The translations under genes and the position numbers were made by a program. Below, in pieces: positions 30,984-43,855 of a DNA stretch of 64,000 nucleotides; position 1 is the stretch's first letter; each line of letters begins with the position of its first letter. The notes beneath the pieces were generated by a model. It made no database searches. It worked only from the letters and a program-made list of their open reading frames with translations, and had not been told where the DNA came from. This DNA comes from an uncultured Actinomycetes bacterium (GTDB lineage Bacteria > Actinomycetota > Thermoleophilia > Gaiellales > JAICJC01): positions 66,023 to 130,022 of the forward strand of contig CAWEYE010000003.1 of assembly GCA_963813245.1 (NCBI GenBank), in the 5' to 3' direction.

Positions 30984-32177
30984 ATGATCCTGATCGGCGT
31001 GTGTGGGGGGATCGCGGCGTACAAGACCTGCGAGCTCGTGCGCATGCTCGTCCGCGGCGGCCACGAGGTGCAGGTCGTGCAGACCCCGGACTCGCAGCGC
31101 TTCGTCGGGCCGACCACCTTCGCGGCGCTCTCGCGGCGGCCGGTCGTCGCCGACGGCGGGCCCGAGGTGTTCCCGCATCTGGACGCCTCGGCGCGGGCCG
31201 ACCTCCTCTGCATCGCGCCGCTTTCGGCGACGACGCTCGCGCGGATCGCCCACGGCGAGGCGGCCAACGTGCTGACGGCGATGACGCTCGCGTTCACCGG
31301 CCCGGTCGTCGCGGCCCCCGCGATGAACCCGCGCATGTGGGCGGCCGAGGCGACGGCCGCAAACCTGCAGCTCCTGGCCGCCCGCGGAGTCGAGCTGGTC
31401 GGCCCGGCCACGGGCGACACCGCGGAGGGCGAGGTCGGCGTCGGGCGGATGGCCGAGCCGGCCGAGATCATGGATGCGATCGCCGCCCGGCTCGCCGCCG
31501 CGCGCAGTCTCGCGGGCGTGCGCGTGCTCGTGACCGCCGGCGGCACCCGCGAGCCGCTCGACGCCGTGCGCTACGTCGGCAACCGCTCGAGCGGGCGGAT
31601 GGGGGTCGCCGTCGCCGACGAGGCCGCCCGCCGCGGGGCGGACGTGACGCTGATCCTCGCGGCGGCGAGCGCGCAGCCCTCGGCGCCCATGCGCGTTCTG
31701 CACGCCGAGTCGGCGGCTGCGCTCGAGCAGGCCACGCTCGAGGCGGCTGCCGCGGCCGACGTCGTGGTCATGGCCGCCGCCGTCTCCGACTACCGCCCGG
31801 CGGACGCCTACACGGGCAAGCGCCCGAAGAGCGGTGAGCCGTGGCACGTGACACTGGAGCCGACCACCGATATCCTCAAGGAGCTGGGGTCGAGGCGAAC
31901 GGCCGGACAGGTGCTGGTCGGGTTTGCCGCCGAACATGGCCCCGGGGGAGTCGATCGCGCCCGAGCGAAGCTCGAGCGCAAGAGTCTGGACATGATCGTG
32001 ATGAACGACGTCAGCCGTGCGGATATCGGATTCGACTCCTCTCAGAACGAGCTGGTGCTGGTGACGGCGCGCGCCGAGCGCACCGTCAGCAGGCGCTCCA
32101 AGCGCGCCTGCGCCGCCGCCCTGTGGGACGCCGTCGGCGTCCTCACGGCGACGGCCTCGGCCCCGGCCGGCGCGTGA
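30984..32177 (+). CDS. coaBC: Phosphopantothenoylcysteine decarboxylase/ligase
   Basis: GGIAAYK, APAMNPRM, GRMAEP, VTAGGTREPLDAVRYVGNRSSGRMG, AAAVSDY, VGFAAE. Confidence 0.95.
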   Translation: MILIGVCGGIAAYKTCELVRMLVRGGHEVQVVQTPDSQRFVGPTTFAALSRRPVVADGGPEVFPHLDASARADLLCIAPLSATTLARIAHGEAANVLTAMTLAFTGPVVAAPAMNPRMWAAEATAANLQLLAARGVELVGPATGDTAEGEVGVGRMAEPAEIMDAIAARLAAARSLAGVRVLVTAGGTREPLDAVRYVGNRSSGRMGVAVADEAARRGADVTLILAAASAQPSAPMRVLHAESAAALEQATLEAAAAADVVVMAAAVSDYRPADAYTGKRPKSGEPWHVTLEPTTDILKELGSRRTAGQVLVGFAAEHGPGGVDRARAKLERKSLDMIVMNDVSRADIGFDSSQNELVLVTARAERTVSRRSKRACAAALWDAVGVLTATASAPAGA

Positions 32178-32210
32178 CCCGAAGCCAAGAACCAGGAAGG
32201 GACATCTCAG

Positions 32211-33192
32211 GTGGAAGCACACGAACTCGGAGGGCGGGCGCCGACAGCCGATATCGCGGCCGCCGCTGACACCGCCGAACGCGTGATCCAGAACGTCGCG
32301 CGGGTGATCCACGCCCCGCGGGCCCTGATCGCGCGCTGCGTGATGGCCATCCTCTGCGAGGGCCACATCATCCTCGAGGACTTCCCGGGCGTCGGCAAGA
32401 CGATGCTGGCCAAGTCGCTCGCCCGCTCGCTCGACTGCGAGTTCGCCCGCGTCCAGGCAACGCCCGACCTGCTGCCGTCCGACGTCACCGGCGTCAGCGT
32501 GTTCAACCTCCAGGGCGGGAACGAGTTCGAGTTCAAGCCCGGGCCCGTGTTCGCGAACCTCGTGCTCGTGGACGAGATCAACCGCGCGTCGCCGAAGACC
32601 CAGTCCGCCCTGCTCGAGTGCATGCAGGAGGTGCAGGTGACGGTCGACGGCGTCACCCACCCGCTCGCGCGCCCGTTCATGGTCATCGCGACCCAGAACC
32701 CGATCGAGTATGAGGGCACGTTCCCGCTGCCCGAGGCCCAGCTCGACCGGTTCGCGATGCGGCTGCACGCTCGGCTATCCGGATGCCCGCCAGGAGGCGC
32801 GCATGCTGAGCGAGCACGCCGCGGGGGAGCCGATCGACGAGCTGCGGCCGGTGAGCACGGCGGCCGATGTCGAGTCCGCGATCGCCGCGGTGAAGGGCGT
32901 GTTCGTCGAGGAGTCCCTGCACCGCTACGTCGTCGCGATCCTGAACCACACCCGCAGCGACACCCGGCTCTCGCTCGGCGCCAGCCCGCGCGCGGGCATC
33001 TCGCTGCTGCGCGTCGCGAAGGCCCACGCGGCGCTCGAGGGGCACGACTACGTCTCGCCGGCCGACATCAAGGCGGTCGCCGAGGACGTGCTCTCCCACC
33101 GGGTGATCCTGGCCCCCGAGGCCCGCACCGCGGGCATCGACGCCGCCGACTCTATCCGCGAGGCGCTCGAGCGCACGGCCATCCCGGTATGA
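32211..33192 (+). CDS. moxR: MoxR family AAA+ ATPase with an apparent +1 frameshift near 32767
   Basis: [52 protein letters not shown]; continues TLGYPD...GASPR in the next frame. Confidence 0.9.
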
Positions 33193-34424
33193 CCACTCGC
33201 GGCCGCCGCCTGCTCCTCCTCGCCGCCGGGCTCTACCTGGTGTCGTGGGGGTTCGGGACGGCGGTCATGTTCCCCGTGGCGGTCGGGCTCGCGCTGGCGC
33301 CGCTGCTCGCGCTCGGCTGGGTGAAGGCGCTCGACCGGCCGATGCTGCTGCGCCGCCGCACCGGCCATCTCGAGCTCACCGAGGGGCAGAGCGTCGACGT
33401 GGGGCTCGAGGTGCGCCCCGACACGGGCGGCCCGATCCCGGGACGGGCGCTGCTGCTCGACCGGCTCGGCCAGACGCGGGTGATCCAGGCCGAGCTGGGC
33501 CGGCGGGGGCGGGTGCTGCGCGGCCGCTACGAGATCGCATCGGCGCCGCGCGGGCGCTACCGCATGGACGGGGCCGAGCTCCTGATCGCCGACCCGTTCG
33601 GCCTCGCCCAGGCCCGGATCCCGCTCGACCGGGCCGACCAGATGCTCGTCTACCCGCGCGTGTACGAGCTCGAGGGCCTCTTCACCGACGGCGGCACGCC
33701 CGGCGGCGACCACGGCCGCTCGATGCTGCACCGCACCGCCGGCTACGACCTGCACAGCATCCGCGAGCACCAGGTGGGCGAGAGCCTGCGCCGGGTGCAC
33801 TGGCGCTCCACCGCCCGCCGCCGGCAGCTGATGGTGAAGGAGCTGCAGGACACCCCCCGCGACGAGGCCTGCGTCGTGCTCGACGGCGAGGCGGCGGCCC
33901 TCACCGGGATCGCGCCCGACTCGACCTTCGACATGCAGGTGCGCGCGGCCGCGTCGCTCCTGCGGCGGATGTCCGACGCCGGCCAGCGCAGCTCGCTGAT
34001 CATCCACGCCGCCCAGCGCAGCCGCTACCGGCTGGGGTTCGGCAGCGGTGACTGGGCGGCCGTGCTGGGCGAGCTCGCCGCGGTCGAGGCGACGGCGCCG
34101 CGTCCGCTTGCCGACTACCTGGCCGAGAGCTCGCGCGGGCCTGACCCCGTCGACGCCTCGCGCGTGTTCGTCGTCACGGCCAGCATGTCGTCCACGCTCG
34201 CCGAGCGGGTGCTCGCGATCAACTCGGCCCAGTGCGAGCCGGCGGTCGTGTGGGTCGATGCAGCCTCCTTCGCGGCGAACGGCCGCAAGCGCGACACGGC
34301 CCCCGAGGCGGCCGCGCTGCGATTGACACGCTCGGGCGTCGCGGTGGCCCGGATCCGCTCGGGCGACCACGTCGGCAAGGCGCTCTCGGCGCCCGTCCTG
34401 CGCCTGGTGGTGGCACGTGCCTAG
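33189..34424 (+). CDS. DUF58 domain protein
   Basis: [46 protein letters not shown]-coupled to moxR. Confidence 0.88.
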   Translation: MTTRGRRLLLLAAGLYLVSWGFGTAVMFPVAVGLALAPLLALGWVKALDRPMLLRRRTGHLELTEGQSVDVGLEVRPDTGGPIPGRALLLDRLGQTRVIQAELGRRGRVLRGRYEIASAPRGRYRMDGAELLIADPFGLAQARIPLDRADQMLVYPRVYELEGLFTDGGTPGGDHGRSMLHRTAGYDLHSIREHQVGESLRRVHWRSTARRRQLMVKELQDTPRDEACVVLDGEAAALTGIAPDSTFDMQVRAAASLLRRMSDAGQRSSLIIHAAQRSRYRLGFGSGDWAAVLGELAAVEATAPRPLADYLAESSRGPDPVDASRVFVVTASMSSTLAERVLAINSAQCEPAVVWVDAASFAANGRKRDTAPEAAALRLTRSGVAVARIRSGDHVGKALSAPVLRLVVARA

Positions 34425-36726
34425 GCTGCGCCGGCTCCGCGTCGCGCCCGTCCTTCTGACGGCCGCGTTCCTGCTCTTCGCGGGCTGGCACTGGGCGCGC
34501 CTGGAACAGCCGCACATCGGCTTTCGCGAGCTCGCGCTGCTGGCGCTTCTGGGCGTCGCACCCACCGTCGTCGCGATGGTCGGCGGCGGGCGCATCGGCG
34601 CGCTCATCGCGCTCGCCGCCGCCACCGTCTGTGCGATCGGCCTGATCATGCACACCTGGCCGTGGCAGACCCAGCACGGGTTCTACCCCGCCCGCGTGGT
34701 CGAGCTGGTGGGGAGGGGGCTGCGCGACTGGTTCGGGACGCACACGCCGATCGACGCCGGCCGCTTCGGCGGCGCCGACCACGACCTCCAGCTCGCGTTC
34801 TTCGCGGCGGCCGTCGCACTCGCCTGGCTGATCGTGCGCCGCGAGGCGGCCCTGCCGGGGATCGGCGTGGCCTTCGCCCTGTTCGCCCTGCCGAGCACGG
34901 TGCTGCCCCTGCACGCGAACGGCTTCCGGGCCGGCGTCTTCCTGCTGCTGGCGCTGCTCACGCTCGTCGCGACCGCGCGCCACACCGGCCGGCCGCTGGC
35001 CGGCGACGCGCAGGTCGTCGGTCTGAGCGTCGCCGTCGTCCTCGCCGGGCTCATCGTCGGCACGGCCCCGGGGGTCACCAAGACCGCGTTCCTGGCCTGG
35101 CAGTCGTGGAACCCGCTCGCGAACCAGGGCCCGCTCGTCAGCGTGGATTACATGTGGAACCAGAGCTACGCGCCGCTGCACTGGCCGAAGAAGCGCACGA
35201 CGGTGCTCGAGGTGACGTCGAAGGAGCAGATGTACTGGAAGGCCGCGACGCTCGACACGTTCCTGATCGACCACTGGCAGTTCTCGCAGCAGGGCCAGCT
35301 CGTGGGCTCGTCGACGGGCGGCACCCTGACCGCGTCTGCCGACAGCCTCCCGGCGCTCGAGCCGGTCGGCCATCACCTCGTCAACATCAAGGTGAAGGTG
35401 GTCGGCCTGGCCGACGACCATCTGATCGGCGCGGCCCAGCCGGTGCGCTGGACGGTGCCGAGCGGGCTCCAGTCGCTGCTCGATGCAAACGGCACCGTGA
35501 CCACGCTGTCCGACCCGGCCCGCAACGCCACCTACGGGGTGCAGGTATATGACCCCAGCCCGACGGTGACGCAGCTGGCCGCGGCCGGCAACGACTTCCC
35601 CGCGTCGGTCAGGTCCAGCACCGAGGTCGGAAGCGTCACCATGCCGATCTGGGGGACGGCCCATCCGCAGGCGCAGCCTCCGCCGCTCAGCCCGGTCTTC
35701 ATGCGGGCGGTCAAGCAGGCCTGGCTTCTGTCGCACGCGGACAAGGCGAAGAACGAGTACGAGGCCGTGTTCGCGATCGAGCACTACTTCCGCGCCAAGC
35801 CGTTCAAGTACACGCTTACGCCGAACCTGAACGGGCCCAATCCGGCGCTGGCCCAGTTCATGCTGACGACACACCGCGGCTATTGCCAGATGTTCTCAGG
35901 CGCGATGGCGCTCGTGCTGCGCATGCACGGCATCCCCGCCCGGGTCGCGGTCGGGTTCATGTCCGGCAGGCTCCAGGGCTCGGACACCTACATCGTGAAC
36001 GACCGCGACGCCCACGCCTGGGTCGAGGTGTACTTCCCCGGCTACGGCTGGATGCCGTTCGAGCCGACTCCGGGCAGCCACCTGCCGTCGGACACGTCCT
36101 CGTCGAATCCCAAGTTCGCGAGCATCATGAGCGGCGGCGGCATCGGCAAGCAGGTCCAGGGCTTCGCCGCGCTCGTCTCGGGCGGCGCCGCCCCGGGTCT
36201 GAAGCACGTCCAGGGCGAGGCGTTCGGGCGCTTCGGCAGCCAGGGCAAGGGCATCGGCCTGGGCAGCGGCACGATCCTGGCCTCGCACGGCAGCAATCAC
36301 GGCCGCTTCATCACCTGGCTCCTCACCATCACCATCGCGCTGCTCGCCGCGCTCCTCGTGCTGAAGGCAGCAAGCGTGCGCTGGCGCTACCTGCGCCGCG
36401 GGCCGCGGGCGCGGGCCGCTGCGGCATACCGCGACCTGGCCACGTTCGTCGGCGACCAGGGCGTCGCGCTGCGGCCGGACGAGACGTTCGAGGAGCTGGC
36501 CGCAAGGCTCCAGGCGACGTTCGGCGTCGACGCCGCGGCGTTCGCCCGCAGCGCCAACATGGCCCGGTATGCGCCGATGCCGACGGCCGAGCGCGAGGGC
36601 CGGCGGCTGCGCCGCCAGCTGCGCGCGATCAAGCGCGACGTGCGCCAGCGGCTGACGCCGCGCGAACGGGCGACGGGGGCGCTGCGGCTGCGCTCGGCGC
36701 TGTCGCAGGCTACCCTCGGAAGCTGA
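34417..36726 (+). CDS. Membrane transglutaminase-like protein (TgpA-like)
   Basis: N-terminal TM helices; [39 protein letters not shown]. Confidence 0.9.
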   Translation: MPRLRRLRVAPVLLTAAFLLFAGWHWARLEQPHIGFRELALLALLGVAPTVVAMVGGGRIGALIALAAATVCAIGLIMHTWPWQTQHGFYPARVVELVGRGLRDWFGTHTPIDAGRFGGADHDLQLAFFAAAVALAWLIVRREAALPGIGVAFALFALPSTVLPLHANGFRAGVFLLLALLTLVATARHTGRPLAGDAQVVGLSVAVVLAGLIVGTAPGVTKTAFLAWQSWNPLANQGPLVSVDYMWNQSYAPLHWPKKRTTVLEVTSKEQMYWKAATLDTFLIDHWQFSQQGQLVGSSTGGTLTASADSLPALEPVGHHLVNIKVKVVGLADDHLIGAAQPVRWTVPSGLQSLLDANGTVTTLSDPARNATYGVQVYDPSPTVTQLAAAGNDFPASVRSSTEVGSVTMPIWGTAHPQAQPPPLSPVFMRAVKQAWLLSHADKAKNEYEAVFAIEHYFRAKPFKYTLTPNLNGPNPALAQFMLTTHRGYCQMFSGAMALVLRMHGIPARVAVGFMSGRLQGSDTYIVNDRDAHAWVEVYFPGYGWMPFEPTPGSHLPSDTSSSNPKFASIMSGGGIGKQVQGFAALVSGGAAPGLKHVQGEAFGRFGSQGKGIGLGSGTILASHGSNHGRFITWLLTITIALLAALLVLKAASVRWRYLRRGPRARAAAAYRDLATFVGDQGVALRPDETFEELAARLQATFGVDAAAFARSANMARYAPMPTAEREGRRLRRQLRAIKRDVRQRLTPRERATGALRLRSALSQATLGS

Positions 36727-36746
36727 CCCTGCCGATGACGAGGGGC

Positions 36747-37109
36747 ATGGCGGAGCACGAGGACACCTACGACCTTTTTCAGCGCGGTCGCGAGCTCATG
36801 AAGCAGGGCGACAACGCCCAGGCCACCGTCTCGCTCGAGAAGGCCAAGCGGCGCGAGCCCGACAAGGCATCGATCCGCGAGGCGCTCGGCGTCGCCTACC
36901 TGCGCATGCACCGCTACCACGAGGCGGCGGCCGAGTTCGAGCACATCCTGGCCGCCGCGCCCGCCAACGACTACGCCCACTACTGCCTCGGCCGCTGCCT
37001 GTACCGGATGGGCGAGCGCCGCATCGCCCTCGGCCACTACAAGATGGCGGCCTGGCTGCGCCCGAGCGTCGGCTACTACCAGGAAGCGGTCGACGGCCTG
37101 CTCGATTGA
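36747..37109 (+). CDS. Tetratricopeptide repeat protein
   Basis: TPR-pattern helices ([19 protein letters not shown]). Confidence 0.8.
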   Translation: MAEHEDTYDLFQRGRELMKQGDNAQATVSLEKAKRREPDKASIREALGVAYLRMHRYHEAAAEFEHILAAAPANDYAHYCLGRCLYRMGERRIALGHYKMAAWLRPSVGYYQEAVDGLLD

Positions 37110-37138
37110 GGATGCGGCGCAAGCGCCGCATCCTCAAT
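37105..37138. terminator. Perfect 16-bp hairpin between convergent genes
   Basis: ATTGAGGATGCGGCGC-AA-GCGCCGCATCCTCAAT. Confidence 0.7.
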
Positions 37139-37582
37139 GGAACGGCCAGTCCAGCCAGATCGTGACCGGGTCCGTCGTTGGTCAGGCTGACGCGCATGTG
37201 TGCTCCGAACCGGCCAGTTGACACCGGTACCCCCAAAACGCCTCAGTGCCTCGGCGAACGCGTCCACCAGCGCCTCGCCCACGTCGGGCGGGGCGGCATC
37301 GGTGAACCCGGGCCGGTTGCCGCGGCGAACGTCGGCGTAGAGCGTGAACTGCGACACGACGAGCGCGGCACCGCCGACGTCGACGAGCGAGCGGTTCATG
37401 CGCCCCTCGGAGTCGGCGAAGATGCGCAGCCGGGCCACCTTGCCGGCCAGCTGCGCGGGGGCGTCCGGGCCGTCTCCGGAGCCCGCCGCGACGAGCACGA
37501 GGAGGCCGGCGCCGATCGCCGCCACCCGGTCTCCGTCCACCTCCACAGAGGCTTCGATCACCCGCTGGATCAGTGCTCGCAC
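37134..37582 (-). CDS. dtd: D-aminoacyl-tRNA deacylase, two apparent +1 frameshifts (~37235 and ~37169)
   Basis: RALIQRV, LRIF, VVSQFTL, RGNRPGF; then [17 protein letters not shown] and VTIWLD in successive frames. Confidence 0.9.
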
Positions 37583-37616
37583 AGCGGGCGCGAGTTTCTC
37601 ATCTGGAAGGGTCGAG

Positions 37617-37687
37617 TGCTACACTCAAAGTCGTTTCCGAGTTTCTGAGAGCGGTCGTCGAGGTGGGCTCCAACCCGCCTCTTTTTT
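37617..37687 (+). promoter_or_regulatory. rimP leader: extended -10 plus terminator-like attenuator hairpin
   Basis: TGCTACACT at 37617-37625; GAGGTGGG-CTCCAA-CCCGCCTC-TTTTTT at 37660-37687. Confidence 0.7.
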
Positions 37688-37716
37688 CGCCCGCGATCGG
37701 GCTTCGAGGTGCATAT

Positions 37717-38160
37717 ATGACAATGAACGAACAGCTTCAGAACGAGATCGAGCAGATGCTCCACGACCGTAGCCCGGACGTGGAGGTCGTGCTTGCGGAA
37801 CGGGCCGGACCGGGCCTCGTGCGCGTGTTCATCGATCACCCGCAGGGCGTCGACATCGCCCTGTGCGAGCGGGTCAGCCGCGACCTCAGCCCCCTGCGCG
37901 AGCGCTTCGCTCTCGAGGTGTCCTCGCCGGGCGTCGAGCGGCCGCTGGTGCGCCCTGACCACTACCGGCGCGCAGTCGGCAGCAAGGTGGACGTGCGCAC
38001 GGTCGAGCCCATCGACGGGCGCAGGCATTTCACCGCCCTGCTCGTCGACGCCGACGACGCGGGCATCGATCTGGAGCACGGTCAACAGCGGGTGCGGATC
38101 GACTACGCCGCCATCCGCCGCGGCCGGTTGGTGTTCGAGTCCTGGGGAGGGCGCTCGTGA
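37717..38160 (+). CDS. rimP: Ribosome maturation factor RimP
   Basis: VRVFID..GVDIALCERVSR, LEVSSPGVERPL. Confidence 0.92.
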   Translation: MTMNEQLQNEIEQMLHDRSPDVEVVLAERAGPGLVRVFIDHPQGVDIALCERVSRDLSPLRERFALEVSSPGVERPLVRPDHYRRAVGSKVDVRTVEPIDGRRHFTALLVDADDAGIDLEHGQQRVRIDYAAIRRGRLVFESWGGRS

Positions 38161-39434
38161 GCAAGGAAATCCTGGAGGGCGTCAAGCTCGTCGAGAAGGA
38201 GAAGGGGATCGAGCCGGGCACGCTCCTGGCCGCGATCGAGGACGCGCTGCTCGCCGCCTACCGCAAGATGCCCGACGCCCGCCACCCGGTGCGCGTCGAC
38301 CTCGACCGCGACACGGGCGACTTCACCGCCTGGACCGTCACCGACGACGCCTGGACGAAGTACCTGGACGCCCATCCGCACCATCACGTGCTGGCCGAGG
38401 CGCCGGCGGTCGACATCGACCCGGCTGCGCCGATCGAGGATGCCGCCGAGGAGCCCGAGCCCGAGATCGAGTGGGACTGGTTCCAGGACACGGTGCTCGT
38501 CGACGTGACGCCCGACAACTTCAGCCGCATCGCCGGCCAGACCGCCAAGCAGGTGCTGCGCCAGCGGATCAACGAGGCCGAGCGCTCGATGATGTACGAC
38601 GAGTACGCCGACCGCGTCGGCGAGATCGTGACCGGGATCGTGCAGCAGGACGACCACCGCTACGCGTTCGTCGACCTCGGCCGCATGGAGGCGATCCTGC
38701 CCGGCTCGGAGAAGGTGCCGGGCGAGCGCTACGAGCAGGGCAGCCGCATCAAGGCCGTCATCATCGAGGTGCGGGCCGAGGGCAAGGGGCCGCAGGTCGT
38801 GCTCTCGCGCCGCTCCGACGAGCTCATCCGCCAGCTGTTCGAGCTCGAGGTGCCCGAGATCGCCGACGGTCTCGTGAACATCCGCGCCGTCGCCCGCGAG
38901 CCCGGCTACCGGGCCAAGATCGCGGTCGAGTCGAAGGTGCAGGGCGTCGACCCGGTCGGCGCCTGCGTCGGCCCGCGCGGGTCGCGCGTGCGCATGGTCG
39001 TGTCCGAGCTGCGGGGCGAGAAGATCGACATCATCCCGTGGAACGACGAGCCCGCCCGGTTCGTCGCAAAGGCGCTCGCGCCGGCGAAGGTGCGCGAGGT
39101 GTACGTCGACGACGACAACCGCCAGGCCACCGTGGTCGTGCCGGACGGCGAGCTCTCGCTCGCGATCGGCAAGGAGGGTCTGAACGCCCGCCTGGCCCAC
39201 CGCCTGACCGGCTGGCGGATCGACATCGTCTCCGAGACCGAGTACTACGCCGACGACTCCGACGCGCCCTACACGGGCGAGTCGGGCGAGGAGGACGAGT
39301 TCCCCGGCCGCTGCATCGCGGTGACCTCGTCCGGCAAGCGCTGTCCCAACCAGGCGTTGGACGGCAGCCGCTACTGCGGGGTGCCGGCGCACATGGCGCT
39401 GGCGGCAGAGGAGGGGCGCGCGTCCTCGCGGTGA
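38157..39434 (+). CDS. nusA: Transcription termination factor NusA (with C-terminal Cys/His extension)
   Basis: RIAGQTAKQV, EVPEIADG, AREPG.RAKIAV, GACVGPRGSRV, SLAIGKEGLNARLA. Confidence 0.96.
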   Translation: MSKEILEGVKLVEKEKGIEPGTLLAAIEDALLAAYRKMPDARHPVRVDLDRDTGDFTAWTVTDDAWTKYLDAHPHHHVLAEAPAVDIDPAAPIEDAAEEPEPEIEWDWFQDTVLVDVTPDNFSRIAGQTAKQVLRQRINEAERSMMYDEYADRVGEIVTGIVQQDDHRYAFVDLGRMEAILPGSEKVPGERYEQGSRIKAVIIEVRAEGKGPQVVLSRRSDELIRQLFELEVPEIADGLVNIRAVAREPGYRAKIAVESKVQGVDPVGACVGPRGSRVRMVVSELRGEKIDIIPWNDEPARFVAKALAPAKVREVYVDDDNRQATVVVPDGELSLAIGKEGLNARLAHRLTGWRIDIVSETEYYADDSDAPYTGESGEEDEFPGRCIAVTSSGKRCPNQALDGSRYCGVPAHMALAAEEGRASSR

Positions 39435-39713
39435 GCACTCCGGTGCGGCAGTGCGCCGGCTGCGGCCGGCGGCGGCCGCAGCCTGAGCTGGTGCGGATCG
39501 GCGTGGTCGCCGGCGAGCTCGTGATCGACCGCGACCGCCGCCTGCAGGGCCGTGGGGTGTACCTGTGCCCGGCCAGGCGCTGTGCGGAGCAGGCTCGCAG
39601 GCGGGGCGCGATCCCGAGAAGGCTACGATGCATGGTGACAGTGCCGCCCGACCTCGAGGATCGGGTGGCGGTTGAGGCGGCCACGGGTCGCATGGGAGGA
39701 TTGACCGGCGTAG

Positions 39714-39721
<8 letters not shown>
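39431..39721 (+). CDS. ylxR: YlxR (DUF448) family protein
   Basis: PVRQCAGC, ELVRI, GRGVYLC; position between nusA and infB. Confidence 0.85.
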
Positions 39722-41705
<1,984 letters not shown>

Positions 41706-41708
41706 CTG

Positions 41709-41741
41709 TGTGAATACCGGTGCCAGGCACCGGTATTCACA
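41709..41741. repeat. Perfect 33-bp palindrome after infB (terminator/REP-like)
   Basis: TGTGAATACCGGTGCC-A-GGCACCGGTATTCACA. Confidence 0.8.
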
Positions 41742-41748
41742 GCCAAGC

Positions 41749-41967
41749 TCACGCCCAGGCGTCGAAGAGGTAGCGATCGGCCTCGCGGGCCGCGCGCAGG
41801 ACGATCGCGTTTGCGGCGACGGCGAGCGGCTGGGTCGTGGCGTCGACCAGGGCGTGGACGTCGGTCGGGTCCGCGGCGACCTTGGCCGCATCCGCGTCGA
41901 GCGCGTGCATGGCGGTGAAGATGCCGGTGAGGGCCGAGGCGTATGCGCTCGTGGGAGCCGTCTGCAT
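41749..41967 (-). CDS. Small protein resembling a collapsed flagellar rod/hook N+C-terminal helix pair
   Basis: SALTGI..AMHALDADAAKVA / VHALVD.....AVAANAIVLRAA.E....LFDAWA. Confidence 0.5.
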   Translation of the reverse strand: MQTAPTSAYASALTGIFTAMHALDADAAKVAADPTDVHALVDATTQPLAVAANAIVLRAAREADRYLFDAWA

Positions 41968-42002
41968 ACCGCCCAGCGTGCCGGGCGGCGCGTGCGAACG
42001 CG

Positions 42003-43487
42003 TCACGCGTCCGGGGGAACCTCGCCGCGCGGCCGGGTGAACACGTGCCGCAGCGCCGTCTCATCGCCGGGGTCGGTCAGAAGCACCACCTCGTCGCCGG
42101 GCTCGAGCTGGAGCGAGCCGCGCGGCTGCTCCGTGCGTCCGGCCCGAACGACGAGGACCACCCACGCGCCCTCGCCGATCGGCAGCTCGCGGATGCGGCG
42201 CCCGGCCGCGATCGCGGCCGGTGCGACGACGTGCCGCACCACCCCCTCGGGCTCATGCCGCAGCGGGATCCGCAGCGACCAGCCGCGCGGGCGCCGGCGC
42301 ACGGTCATCTGCACGCGCAGCGCGCGTGCCAGCGGCTCCAGGGCAAGCCCCTGGGCGATCACCGACGCGGCCACGACCACGAACACGAGCCGGTAGATCA
42401 GCTCCGCGTGCGGCACGCCCTCGAGCACCACGAGCGCGGCCAGCAGGATCGGCACGGCGCCCTTGAACCCGGTGAGCGCGATGAAGCCCTTCTCGCCCCG
42501 CCGCAGGCGCTCCGGCAGGAGCAGCGGCAGCACGGCGGCCGGTCGCACGACCAGGATCAGCACGGCCGCGAGTGCGAGGCCGTAGCCGAACGTCGACCAG
42601 CCGATGTCGTACAGATGGATGGTGAGGCCGAGCGCCGCGAAGACGACGATCTCGCCGAGCGAGGCGAGGGCACCGTGGAAGCGCTCGATCTCGCCCTTGA
42701 AGGGCATCCGCGTGTCGCCGATCCAGACGCCGGCGACGAAGACGGCGAGGAATCCCGACCCGTGCAGGAGCGTCGCGCCGCCGTAGATCAGCCCGGCGAT
42801 CGCGAGCGTGCGGACGGCGTAGAGGCCTTCGCGCGGCAGCGGGTTTCGCCGCATCGCCCGCACGAGCAGCATCGCCCCGACGATGCCGACGGCCGCACCG
42901 ACCACCATCTCGACGACGACGTCGGCCGCCCCGCTGACGCCGGAGGCGCCGGTCGTCGCATAGTCCGCGAGCGCGAGGACGAGCGCGATCGCGACCGGGT
43001 CGTTCGCGCCCGCCTCGCCCTCGAGGATGGTCGGCACGCGTCCGCCGATGTCCCGCCGGGCCAGCACCGAGAACATCACGGCCGGGTCGGTCGGGGCGAG
43101 CGCCGCGCCGATGATCGCGGCGGTCGTCCACGACACGGGCAGGATGATCTGGGCGGCGACGGCGCCCAGGGCCGCCGTCAGGAACGTGCCCACGATCCCG
43201 AGCAGGGTGATGGGGCGGATCTGCGGCCGCAGCCGCCGCCAGCCGATCTGGAGGCCGCCGTCGAACAGGATCGCGATCAGGGCGACGACGCCGATCCGCT
43301 CGACGTCGCGGATCGAGACCGGATCCGAGAGCCGCGGCTGGATGTCCGAGATCGCCGCCGCGGCGAGCAGGAAGACCACCGGCGCGGGCACGCGCAGGCG
43401 GGCCGTGAGCGTCGTCGAGACGAGCGCCAGCCACAGGCCGCCGGCGCAGACGACGAGCACCACGGCGAAGTCGCGGATCTCTTCCAC
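42003..43487 (-). CDS. Cation:proton antiporter (CPA1, NhaP2/CvrA-like) with TrkA-C domain
   Basis: ILFDGG, APTDPA, LEGEAGANDP, SGFLAVF, GFKGAVPI, PRGSLQLEPGD. Confidence 0.9.
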   Translation of the reverse strand: MEEIRDFAVVLVVCAGGLWLALVSTTLTARLRVPAPVVFLLAAAAISDIQPRLSDPVSIRDVERIGVVALIAILFDGGLQIGWRRLRPQIRPITLLGIVGTFLTAALGAVAAQIILPVSWTTAAIIGAALAPTDPAVMFSVLARRDIGGRVPTILEGEAGANDPVAIALVLALADYATTGASGVSGAADVVVEMVVGAAVGIVGAMLLVRAMRRNPLPREGLYAVRTLAIAGLIYGGATLLHGSGFLAVFVAGVWIGDTRMPFKGEIERFHGALASLGEIVVFAALGLTIHLYDIGWSTFGYGLALAAVLILVVRPAAVLPLLLPERLRRGEKGFIALTGFKGAVPILLAALVVLEGVPHAELIYRLVFVVVAASVIAQGLALEPLARALRVQMTVRRRPRGWSLRIPLRHEPEGVVRHVVAPAAIAAGRRIRELPIGEGAWVVLVVRAGRTEQPRGSLQLEPGDEVVLLTDPGDETALRHVFTRPRGEVPPDA

Positions 43488-43534
43488 CCCCAGGGTTCTA
43501 GTGGATCGGGCCCGTCCGATACCATGCGCACGCC

Positions 43535-43855
43535 ATGGCGGCAGGTTTCGTGGGCATCCTGAGCTTCGAGCTGCATCTGCCGGATGGCGGATCGCTCAAG
43601 GGCAAGCGCAAGCACCTGCTGCACACGAAGGCGCAGCTCGAGCGCCGGTTCGGCGCGTCCGTGGCCGAGGTGGACTTCCACGATCGGTGGCAGCGCTCGC
43701 GGCTGACGATGGCGGTCGTGCGCCGCGAGCACAACGCGGTGCAGCAGGCGCTCGTCGATGCCGAGCGCTATCTGAGCGGGCAGGCGTACGAGCTGATCGG
43801 CTCGAACCGCACCGTCCTCTCGGTCGAGAGCGACCTGCCGGTCGGGCGGCGCTGA
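43535..43855 (+). CDS. DUF503 (YlxP) family protein
   Basis: SLKGKR...RRFGASVAEVDFHDRWQRS. Confidence 0.88.
   Translation: MAAGFVGILSFELHLPDGGSLKGKRKHLLHTKAQLERRFGASVAEVDFHDRWQRSRLTMAVVRREHNAVQQALVDAERYLSGQAYELIGSNRTVLSVESDLPVGRR

Noticed and set aside
30808..30987. Short ORF MIAAHAMRVLDRLDATG resembling a nucleotidyltransferase N-terminus
   Set aside because: Resemblance covers under 20 aa and then degenerates; not supportable without a search
32211..34424. 737-aa MoxR-DUF58 fusion in the ORF track
   Set aside because: Artefact of the +1 frameshift; the real MoxR C-terminus is in another frame and DUF58 has its own coupled ATG at 33189
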